From positions 1-48,675 of the forward strand of contig DASQEB010000617.1 in the NCBI GenBank assembly GCA_035633875.1: a DNA stretch of 48,675 bases, read 5' to 3'. The translations under genes were made by a program, and so were the position numbers. Every line of letters begins with the position of its first letter. Positions within the stretch are counted from its first letter, which is position 1. Below are positions 34,936 to 42,593 of the stretch, piece by piece. The notes under the pieces are model-generated. The model saw only the letters and a list, made by a program, of their open reading frames with translations. It did no database searches and was not told the origin of the DNA. This DNA comes from Thermoanaerobaculia bacterium (lineage in GTDB: Bacteria; Acidobacteriota; Thermoanaerobaculia; Multivoradales; UBA5704).

Positions 34936-35570
34936 ACCTTCCCCTCCTTCCGCAGGTCTTCCCAGCGGAGATCCTCGAGCTTGCGGAGGATCTCGTCCCG
35001 TTTGGTCTGGCTGAGGCGCCGTACCCGCGACATCGTGAAGACCCTCCCGTAGCCCAGATCGTCATACCGAAAAATTCGCCGGAGCGAGTAGTCCGGTCCG
35101 TAGGAGCCTCCCTGCCGGAAATAGCCCTCCGGGAGCAGCAGCGCGCGCTCGAGGGCATTCAGGTACTCCGGGCGAGGGACGAGGCTCTGAAACCGGGAGA
35201 AGACCCAGAGCGCCGCGAGAGGAATACCCGCCTCCCTGGAGATGTCGCGGAGCGTCAGGTCCAGGAGGAGGCGGTGCGTCCGCAAGGCGCCCCGGTAATG
35301 GGGATGCTCCGCGGCGGCCTTCTCCTGGTCCCGGTGGAGCCACGAGGACAGCAGGAGGCAGCCGGCCCGCCAGAGGAGCCGGCGAGCCCGAGGGCCGCGG
35401 ACCAGGAGGACCGCGCTCAGAACCGCGAGACCGTAAACTGCCGTGGCCTCGCCCCAGGCCGGCAGGCCGCCGGCCCCCGACTGGTTAATGAGGATGGCTG
35501 CAATGGCGAGCGCGATCCCTGCAGCCTCGAATCGGCTCTTCTCGGAATCGCCCAGGTGCGCGTGCTTCAA
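34932..35570 (-). CDS. XRE-like helix-turn-helix protein with hydrophobic N-terminal segments
   Basis: 212 aa. It has two or three hydrophobic stretches (AAGIALAIAAILI, AVYGLAVLSAVLLV, AGCLLLSSWL), then the HTH-like LLLDLTLRDISREAGIPLAALWVFSRF. The start codon is not verified. Confidence 0.6.
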   Translation of the reverse strand: MKHAHLGDSEKSRFEAAGIALAIAAILINQSGAGGLPAWGEATAVYGLAVLSAVLLVRGPRARRLLWRAGCLLLSSWLHRDQEKAAAEHPHYRGALRTHRLLLDLTLRDISREAGIPLAALWVFSRFQSLVPRPEYLNALERALLLPEGYFRQGGSYGPDYSLRRIFRYDDLGYGRVFTMSRVRRLSQTKRDEILRKLEDLRWEDLRKEGKV

Positions 35571-35825
35571 GGGGTCCCCTTTTCAGTCCCGGACTCGCGG
35601 TGCCGGAAACCTTCCCCCCAACCGACGCGATGGAAAGCTGCAACTGCTGACAGCCTGCTTGCAAGTGGCGAGCCCGGTGGGAGCCCGGTCCCGCGGCGGC
35701 CGTGAGCATCATGTCTGTCAACCATCGAGCCCGCATTCGGAAACACTCCTCCATAAAATAAGGACGCTCGAGCGGGGGAAAAGGGGACAGGGGGCGGGGC
35801 AAAGAGCCCCGATGGCGGGACATCT

Positions 35826-36179
35826 TTACTTGATCCGGGGGCCTCCGCCCGGAGGGAAAAGGGTCACCACGGGGAAGGTGCGGATGGACGACTCCTTTTC
35901 CACGCTCGAGCGGACGCGGGCGGGACCCTCGCGCTCGACCTCCTCGATGCGGATGACGGAGTGCAGGGGCAGAAAGAGCCGCTTGGCGTGGCCGAACTCG
36001 GACCGCAGGCTCTCTTCGGCCGGGTCGACCACGACCTCGGTGCGGCCGCCAAAGACGAGGTCCTCGACCTCGATGAAGCCGAAGAGGTTTCCCTGCGAGA
36101 CCTGGCGCGCGTAGAGCTCGACGATGTCACCCTGGTTGATGAAGATGACCTTGTACATGCGGTCCTTGTCCGTGCTCAT
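35826..36179 (-). CDS. DUF1820 family protein
   Basis: 117 aa. YKVIFINQGDIVELYARQVSQGNLFGFIEVEDLVFG ... VVDPAEESLRSEFGHAKRLFLPLHSVIRIEEVE matches the DUF1820 pattern. Confidence 0.75.
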   Translation of the reverse strand: MSTDKDRMYKVIFINQGDIVELYARQVSQGNLFGFIEVEDLVFGGRTEVVVDPAEESLRSEFGHAKRLFLPLHSVIRIEEVEREGPARVRSSVEKESSIRTFPVVTLFPPGGGPRIK

Positions 36180-36289
36180 TTTTTACTCCGTCGCGTGCCC
36201 GATCCGGTGGCTGTCGCCCGCGGATGGTATCAGATCTCCTCCTCTTTCGACCGGGGAGGGTCGGGAGAGGAGGCCGGGGAGGTGAGAGC

Positions 36290-36685
36290 CTACTCCTCCC
36301 GGAAAATCACCCGCACGCCGTCGGGATCGTGGGTCTCGAACAGGAGGACGCCCTCCGCGTCCTGGCGGAGGCCGCCGGGGATGTTCTTTTCGCGGAAGAA
36401 GATCTCGTCATAGGCCTTCTGGGCGGAGGGGACCTGCAGGACGAGGACGAGCTTCTGCTCGGGACCGACGTAGTCGTAGGTCTCGTCGAAGGCCAGGGGG
36501 CCTTCGGACGCGGCGGGACGGCCGAGGACCTCGACGACGGCCGAGCCGGCCTGGAACCGGACGCCGCGGCTGTCGTCCCGGTCCCAGCTCTGGAGCCGCG
36601 GCAGCGCCAGGGATTCTCCGTAGAACCTGCACGTGCGATCGAAGCGCTTCGCACGGATCACGACCCGAAACTGGCGGATCTCCAT
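36290..36685 (-). CDS. VOC (glyoxalase/bleomycin resistance) family protein
   Basis: 131 aa with paired beta-alpha-beta-beta-beta modules. FYGESLALP near the N-terminus and ETHDPDGVRVIF near the C-terminus. Confidence 0.8.
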   Translation of the reverse strand: MEIRQFRVVIRAKRFDRTCRFYGESLALPRLQSWDRDDSRGVRFQAGSAVVEVLGRPAASEGPLAFDETYDYVGPEQKLVLVLQVPSAQKAYDEIFFREKNIPGGLRQDAEGVLLFETHDPDGVRVIFREE

Positions 36686-36809
36686 CGCTCACTCCTCTCC
36701 TCTCGGAAACCAAGGGCCGCCGGCCGGCGGCAGCTAGAGCATTACCACACTCCGCGACGGAGTTTCAAAGGCGAGCGGCCCCGCGGGTTCCGGTGGTATC
36801 CTCTCCGCC

Positions 36810-38423
36810 GTGAAAGACCGCAGTTTCTGGGCCTCTCTCGCGTTCGCCTGTGTGCTGCTCCCGATGCTCGTCGCCGCCCAGGGCGAGCGTCCACAGCCCC
36901 CTTCCGACCCTCCGGCCGCCGCCACGCCCGCCGACCGGGTCTCGGTCGTGCTGGAAGGGCGGGAGATCCCGGTGCCGGTGACGATCACTCCCAACGGGCC
37001 CCTGGTCGGCCTGGAGCCGCTGACCGAAGCTCTGGGGGGCGAGCTGACCAGCGACGAGTCGGGCGAGAGCCTGACGCTCCGGCTCGCCGATAGGGAGGTG
37101 GTGATCGGGGTCGGCAGCGCCATCATCACCGTGGGTGACACGATCGTCTCCCTGCCTCAGCCGGTGGCCCCCGGCGAGGGAGGGGTCCAGGTCCCTGTCG
37201 AGTTCCTGCGAAAGACCTTCGGGGACCTCCTGGGGTACTCCTTCGACTGGCGTCCCGAGACGGCCCGGCTCACCATCGCACGCCGCGGGGCCCGGGAGTT
37301 GCCGGTCTCCGTCGATGTCGTCCATCTCCAGGGCGTGACCACGGTCGTGCTCCAGTTCCCCGAGACGCCCCGCTACCGGGTGTACCGGCAGCCGGGCCAG
37401 ATCGAGGTGCAGATGCTGGCCGACCGGCTCACTCCGCCCACGCCGCCGCCCGCGATGCAGGATCCCCTCGTCCAGGGTGTCTCGATCGATCCTCAGAAGG
37501 TCCTGGTCCAACTCGCGCCGGGAGCGGAGACGGAGAGCTACATCCTGGAGAACCCGTTCCGCCTGGTCTTCGACATCCACCGGCCGGCGTCCGTGGAGAC
37601 GGCGCCCACGACCCCGACCCTGACCCCGGAGGAGCGGGTGCGGGGGATCCGCACGATCGTGATCGACCCCGGCCACGGGGGGACGGAGACGGGGGCCATC
37701 GGCCCGAGCGGCATCGCGGAGAAGGAGCTGACGCTCACCCTCGCCCGGGACCTGGAGGCGCGCCTGGAGTCGACGATGCCGGTCCGGGTCGTCCTCACCC
37801 GCAACGAGGACGCGAACCTCCCTCACGACACCCGGACGTCCATCGCGAACCAGAACAAGGCGGACCTGTTCATTTCGATCCACCTGAACTCTTCGTTGGG
37901 CTCCGGAGCGCACGGCGCGGAGACCTACTTCCTGAGCACCGACGCCTCGGACCCGCGAGCGGCGCGGGCTGCGGCCGAGGAGAACCTCTCCCCGGGCGCC
38001 GCAGGTGAGATTCCCGAGGACCTGCAGTTCATCCTCTGGGACCTGGCCCAGACGCACCACCTTTCGGAGAGCCAGCGCTTCGCCGGCATGGTCCAGGCGG
38101 AGCTCAACCAGGCGCTCCAGCTCCGGGACCGCGGGGTCAAGCAGGCCCCCTTCCGGGTGCTCAAGGGCGCGGCCATGCCCGCCGTGCTGGTGGAGCTGGG
38201 ATTCCTCAACAACCCGGACGAGGAGAAGAAGCTGCAGGATCCCGGGTATCGCGGTGAGCTGATCGGGGCGCTGGCGCGGGCGATCCAACGCTACAAGGCC
38301 CTGGTGGAGAACCGGGAGCTGCCGCAGCAGGCTCCGCAGCAGGGGAAGCCGGCCGATCCCCAGGCCCCGGCGGCCGGGGCGCAGCCCGCGAGGCCGGGGC
38401 GGGGAGCTGGATCCCCTCCATGA
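36810..38423 (+). CDS. N-acetylmuramoyl-L-alanine amidase (Amidase_3, AmiC-like with N-terminal AMIN-type domains)
   Basis: 537 aa with a GTG start and a signal peptide. It has VIDPGHGGTETGA, LFISIHLNS and AVLVELGFLNNPDEE. The C-terminal tail is low-complexity and Pro/Gln-rich. Confidence 0.9.
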   Translation: MKDRSFWASLAFACVLLPMLVAAQGERPQPPSDPPAAATPADRVSVVLEGREIPVPVTITPNGPLVGLEPLTEALGGELTSDESGESLTLRLADREVVIGVGSAIITVGDTIVSLPQPVAPGEGGVQVPVEFLRKTFGDLLGYSFDWRPETARLTIARRGARELPVSVDVVHLQGVTTVVLQFPETPRYRVYRQPGQIEVQMLADRLTPPTPPPAMQDPLVQGVSIDPQKVLVQLAPGAETESYILENPFRLVFDIHRPASVETAPTTPTLTPEERVRGIRTIVIDPGHGGTETGAIGPSGIAEKELTLTLARDLEARLESTMPVRVVLTRNEDANLPHDTRTSIANQNKADLFISIHLNSSLGSGAHGAETYFLSTDASDPRAARAAAEENLSPGAAGEIPEDLQFILWDLAQTHHLSESQRFAGMVQAELNQALQLRDRGVKQAPFRVLKGAAMPAVLVELGFLNNPDEEKKLQDPGYRGELIGALARAIQRYKALVENRELPQQAPQQGKPADPQAPAAGAQPARPGRGAGSPP

Positions 38424-38983
38424 ACCGGCGGGCGGCGAGCTTCATCCTCGGCATCGCGCTGGCGCTGCTCGTGAGCGCCGGGCTGTGGTGGTTCCTCGCC
38501 GGCCGCTCCGAGCGGCGGGCGGGGCCCGTGGACCGGCCGGAGGAGGCCGGACCGACGGAGAAGGTGGTGTTCAACCTCTACTTTGCAGAAGGCGGGCAGC
38601 TCCGGACCGAGCCCCGGGAGCTGGAGGTCACCGAGTCCCCCAAGGACCGCATCCGCAAGATCGTTCAGGCGCTTCTCGAGGGACCGCGGCAGAGGGGGCT
38701 CGCCCCCCTGTTTCCCAAGGAGGTGACCCTCGGGAGCGTGCAACTCGGCGACGACGGCACGGCGTACCTGGACCTGCGCGGGCCGGAGCACAACGAGCCT
38801 CCCGCGAGCGGCTCCACCGAGGAGATCCAGCGGGTCTACGGCATCGTGAACTCGGTGGCGTACAACGTTCCCCAGGCCTCGCAGGTCGTGTTGCTGTGGA
38901 ACGGACTCCAGCGGGCCACCTTCTCCGGCCACCTGGACACCAGCCGACCGCTCCCCCCGGACCGTTCCATCCTGGCCCGCTGA
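38420..38983 (+). CDS. GerMN domain-containing membrane-anchored protein
   Basis: 187 aa. 4-nt overlap with the amidase gene, an N-terminal transmembrane anchor, and GerMN-like motifs (VVFNLYF.., IRKIVQALLEGP, VTLGSVQLGDDGTAYLDL, VNSVAYNVPQ). Amidase-GerMN pairing is common. Confidence 0.75.
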   Translation: MNRRAASFILGIALALLVSAGLWWFLAGRSERRAGPVDRPEEAGPTEKVVFNLYFAEGGQLRTEPRELEVTESPKDRIRKIVQALLEGPRQRGLAPLFPKEVTLGSVQLGDDGTAYLDLRGPEHNEPPASGSTEEIQRVYGIVNSVAYNVPQASQVVLLWNGLQRATFSGHLDTSRPLPPDRSILAR

Positions 38984-39004
38984 TCACAGGGAGAGGAAAA
39001 GAAA

Positions 39005-39784
39005 ATGGACGCGATCGGGGTCTTCGACTCTGGGGTGGGAGGGCTGACCGTGGTCTCGGCGCTGCGGCGGCGGCTGCCGGGCGAGTCCATCCTCTACCTG
39101 GGAGACACGGCGCGCCTCCCCTACGGCAGCAAGTCCCCCGAGACGGTCACCCGCTACACCCGGCGGAACATCGAGTTCCTGACCGAGCGGGGGGTCAAGG
39201 CGGTGGTGGTGGCCTGCAACACGGCCTCGGCCCTCGCCCTGCCGCACCTCGAGTCTCCCGTGCCCACCTGGGGGGTGATCGAGCCGGGCGCCCGCAAGGC
39301 CGCTGCGGTGAGCCGCGGAAGGGTGGGGGTGATCGCGACCGAGGCCACGGTCCGCTCGGACGCCTACCCCCACGCCCTGCGCGCCCTGCGGCCGGACCTG
39401 GAGATCCTCTCCCAGGCCTGCCCCCTCTTCGTTCCCCTCGTGGAGGAGGGCTGGTACGACGACCCGATCACCGAGGAGGTGGCCGAGCGCTATCTCCGCT
39501 CCCTCCTGGAGGCGGGGATCGACACCCTCGTCCTGGGTTGCACCCACTATCCCCTCCTGAAGCCGGTGCTCCTTCGCGTGGCCGGCCCGGACGTCACCCT
39601 GGTGGACTCCGCCGAGGTGGTGGCGGAGATGGTGGCCGAGGGAATCGAAGCGGGCGGCCTCACGGCCACACATTCTCCGGAGCACCACTTCTGCGTGACC
39701 GACGCCGGGGCGGGTTTCCGGAAGCTGGCGAGCCGGATCCTGGGGGAAGCGGACGTGTCGCTGGAGTGGGTGGAGGTGGTGTAG
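39005..39784 (+). CDS. murI: glutamate racemase
   Basis: 259 aa with IGVFDSGVGGLTV, LGDTARLPYG, VVACNTAS and VLGCTHYPLL. Confidence 0.93.
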   Translation: MDAIGVFDSGVGGLTVVSALRRRLPGESILYLGDTARLPYGSKSPETVTRYTRRNIEFLTERGVKAVVVACNTASALALPHLESPVPTWGVIEPGARKAAAVSRGRVGVIATEATVRSDAYPHALRALRPDLEILSQACPLFVPLVEEGWYDDPITEEVAERYLRSLLEAGIDTLVLGCTHYPLLKPVLLRVAGPDVTLVDSAEVVAEMVAEGIEAGGLTATHSPEHHFCVTDAGAGFRKLASRILGEADVSLEWVEVV

Positions 39785-39793
39785 GAGCCGCCC

Positions 39794-41005
39794 CTACAGA
39801 CCGATCGCCTTCACCGCCAGGCTCCCCACCCGCACCCGCGACACCTCCCCATCCTCCACCCAGGCCACGTACAGGTTGCCGTGGGAGAGGGCCGTCCGGG
39901 GGAATCCGCTGTTGCGGGAGGCGCTGGTGGAGGCCAGGGTCAGGGGCTTGCCGGCTTTGCCGTTCGGGGAGAAACGACGGAGGCGGACCTGGGCCTCCTC
40001 GCCCGCCAGGGCGAGCCAGCTCACGAGGGCGGAGCCGTCCCTGTCCAGCGCGAGGTCGACCCTCCCCAGGGGCTTGTCGCCGTCCACCAGAATGGCCGGG
40101 CCGAACGTGGCGCCGCCATCCCGGGAGAACACGATCTGCACCTTGGGCGAAGGCGGCGCGGCGGTAAACCAGGCCACGGCCACGTTCTTACCGGAGGCCC
40201 CGATGGCCGGGCCGTTGACCGGGCAGCCGGGGATCTTCCAGTCGTCCGCGTGGACGCGGACCGGCTGGCTCCATCCCCGGGCGGTCCTGCGGACTACGGA
40301 AATGTCCCGGATCTCGTCCTTCGTATGGTCCCGGTAGGCGACGACCGGCCCTCCGGCGGCCAGGGCGGCATCGGTCTGACAGCAGGTGCAGACATCGGCG
40401 TCCACCACCTCGCCGGGGCCGGTCTTGCCACCGACGATCGCGGTGCGCAGGGACATCCGCCCCCCCTCGGGCGTCATCTCGCGGCCGTCGAGCCAGAAGG
40501 CGCGGACGCCGTCCATCCCGGCGGGGAGCCAGGAGACGAAGCCGTGCTCGCCGGGGGTCTCCTCGTGGAGCATCCCCGCCTGCCTCCAGGTGGCGCCGCG
40601 GTCGGTGGAACGGGCGAGGAAGACGGAATAGGAGTATTGATCGTCCCCCGTGTTGGCCAGCCAGTGGAGCGTGAGGGAGCCGTCCGGTGCCTGGACGACT
40701 CCGGGGAAGTCCGCCCAGTTGGCGAAGAAGTCCTTTCCGGAGACCACCGTCACCGGCTTGGACCAGCGCCCTTCGGACAGGCGGACGAAGCGGAGACGGT
40801 GCCCCTTGGAACGCTGCTTTGGGTCGAGGGGCTCGAGCCAGGTGAGCAGGAGGTCGTCGCCCGCGACGGTCAGGTTGGGAGCCATGGCTCCCGGACCGGC
40901 AGGCGGATCGAGGCTCCGGAGGTTGGGGCGGGACGGCGCGGCCCCGCCCACCACCAGGAGGAGGGCCAGGGCCGCCGATCCGAAGCAGAGGGTCCGGGGA
41001 CGCAA
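39794..41005 (-). CDS. secreted BNR/Asp-box repeat (sialidase-like beta-propeller) protein
   Basis: 403 aa with a signal peptide and Asp-box motifs STDRGATW and SRDGGATF. Confidence 0.8.
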   Translation of the reverse strand: MRPRTLCFGSAALALLLVVGGAAPSRPNLRSLDPPAGPGAMAPNLTVAGDDLLLTWLEPLDPKQRSKGHRLRFVRLSEGRWSKPVTVVSGKDFFANWADFPGVVQAPDGSLTLHWLANTGDDQYSYSVFLARSTDRGATWRQAGMLHEETPGEHGFVSWLPAGMDGVRAFWLDGREMTPEGGRMSLRTAIVGGKTGPGEVVDADVCTCCQTDAALAAGGPVVAYRDHTKDEIRDISVVRRTARGWSQPVRVHADDWKIPGCPVNGPAIGASGKNVAVAWFTAAPPSPKVQIVFSRDGGATFGPAILVDGDKPLGRVDLALDRDGSALVSWLALAGEEAQVRLRRFSPNGKAGKPLTLASTSASRNSGFPRTALSHGNLYVAWVEDGEVSRVRVGSLAVKAIGL

Positions 41006-41009
41006 GGGG

Positions 41010-41660
41010 CTATTGCTGCCCCCCCTGCGCCGTCACCACGCCACAGGCGAGGCGGTCGCCGGCGTTGCCCGTCGGCTGCGTCTTGCAGTCGTCCGGGTTG
41101 GCGTGGAGGATGATCGCCTTCCCGATCACCGAGTTGGGACCGGAGAGCGAGAGCCCAGTGACAGCCAACTCCATGCGGGCGGAGCCGTTGGCGCCGACCT
41201 CGATGTTGCCCAGGTCCCCTGCGTGCCGGGGATCGGTGGGAGGGCAGGCATGCTCCACGCCGGTCGGGTTGAAGTGGCCCCCGGCCGAGCTGAAGTGCGT
41301 CTCTCCCTGGTGATCGCACTGCCCGTTCTCGTGCACGTGGAACCCGTGCTTGCCCGCGCCGTCCACGCCCTGGACCTCGGCGACGACGTGGACGCCGTCG
41401 TCGGTCGCATGGAAGGTCACCGTCCCGGAGATGTCATCCCCCGGAGCGCCCTGCAGGGTCGCAGTGGCGCTGGACGGGCCGCCAGCCGGGGTGCCGGTCG
41501 CGGGGGTGGTCGAGGACGGCTCTTCGGCGGCCGTCGGAATCGCGGTGTTCTCCTGCGCGTTGGTGCCGCGCCCCTCCTCCTCGCCCTTCCTCTGGCAACC
41601 GGCGCCGAGCGCGAGCACGGCGGCCAGGCACAGCATGCCTACGATCTTGAGTCGATTCAT
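41010..41660 (-). CDS. sodC: Cu/Zn superoxide dismutase lipoprotein
   Basis: Start taken at MNRLKIVGML, preceded by GAGGAGG, with the lipobox LGAGC. It has GFHVHENGQC, GGHFNP and HAGDLGN. The track ORF starts 13 codons earlier. Confidence 0.9.
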   Translation of the reverse strand: MNRLKIVGMLCLAAVLALGAGCQRKGEEEGRGTNAQENTAIPTAAEEPSSTTPATGTPAGGPSSATATLQGAPGDDISGTVTFHATDDGVHVVAEVQGVDGAGKHGFHVHENGQCDHQGETHFSSAGGHFNPTGVEHACPPTDPRHAGDLGNIEVGANGSARMELAVTGLSLSGPNSVIGKAIILHANPDDCKTQPTGNAGDRLACGVVTAQGGQQ

Positions 41661-41708
41661 GCCACTCTCCTCCTCATGTCCGTTGAGCTCCGACTGCAAG
41701 AACCCTTC

Positions 41709-42401
41709 TCAGCGAGGCGATTGTAATTCCAGATGGACGTCGGCCAGGTTGCGGGAGAGGAGGATCTCAACCGGAGTCGCAGCCTCGTCCCGGGCCAGCC
41801 AGAGGTCGAGCTTCCCTTTCCACTTGCGACGCCCCGGGAGGTTGATCCCCCGGATCGAATAGTGGCGCACCTCCATCTTCTGGCTCCCGTTCCCGACCTT
41901 CCGCATCTCCGTCCCCATGGGGATCACCACGACGGGGTAGATCTTGCCGTCGGACCAGATCTCCATCCGCCGGGACTTCTCCGGAGGATCGTTCCGGATG
42001 GCGTAGATGCCGGAGGCGATGTCGAGAACGCCGTCCTGCTCGATCGGCGAGCTCTTCTGCTTGGACTCCCCGCGCCACGAGTACGCGCTCCAGGCCCGGA
42101 TGGGCTGGAGGGTGCGGATGTCCACCTCGGAGCCGTACTTGAAGAACTCCCCCTGCCGGCTCGCGCTGGAGGTGATCATCAGCTCGCTCCGCAGGTGCCC
42201 GTTCTGCTGCTTGAACGTGAGCTCGCCCACCCCCTGGTTGGGGAGGAACAATCCGGCGACGCTCCCCATGAAGTTGCGGAGCTGCCAGCGGTAGCGGAAC
42301 TCCTCGTCCAAGGGTTTCACCTGGGCGAATCCGGGCCGGGCGGAGACCAGAAGGGCCAGGGCCGCGGCGGTCGCAAGGAGTCTACGAATCCTGAAGTCCA
42401 T
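41709..42401 (-). CDS. DUF3108 domain-containing secreted protein
   Basis: C-terminal 230 aa of the 41709..44894 track ORF, starting at MDFRIRRLLATAAALALLV (signal peptide). It shows an all-beta pattern with the typical ending LDLWLARDEAATPVEILL. Confidence 0.75.
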   Translation of the reverse strand: MDFRIRRLLATAAALALLVSARPGFAQVKPLDEEFRYRWQLRNFMGSVAGLFLPNQGVGELTFKQQNGHLRSELMITSSASRQGEFFKYGSEVDIRTLQPIRAWSAYSWRGESKQKSSPIEQDGVLDIASGIYAIRNDPPEKSRRMEIWSDGKIYPVVVIPMGTEMRKVGNGSQKMEVRHYSIRGINLPGRRKWKGKLDLWLARDEAATPVEILLSRNLADVHLELQSPR

Positions 42402-42593
42402 CGCGAGCACCGATCTTTCGGTTGATCTGGAGCGGGTCATCCACTCCAAAGAACCCGGCTCCGGGACATGCATCCTCGACAGGGATACGCCCGATGACGG
42501 GTGCCGTATCCCCCCATAACAATAGCAAGCCGTCTGCCATGCCCGGAAATCGAGCTGCGGTAGACTCCGGGCGCACGTCGAGGAGGAGAGCCC

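Noticed and set aside
42482-42512. Hairpin GGGATACGCCCG-atga-CGGGTGCCGTATCCC in the divergent DUF3108 / M14 intergenic region.
   Set aside because: It is a real inverted repeat and might be an operator. It is a single copy, though, with no associated regulator or known motif, so I do not report it as a feature.
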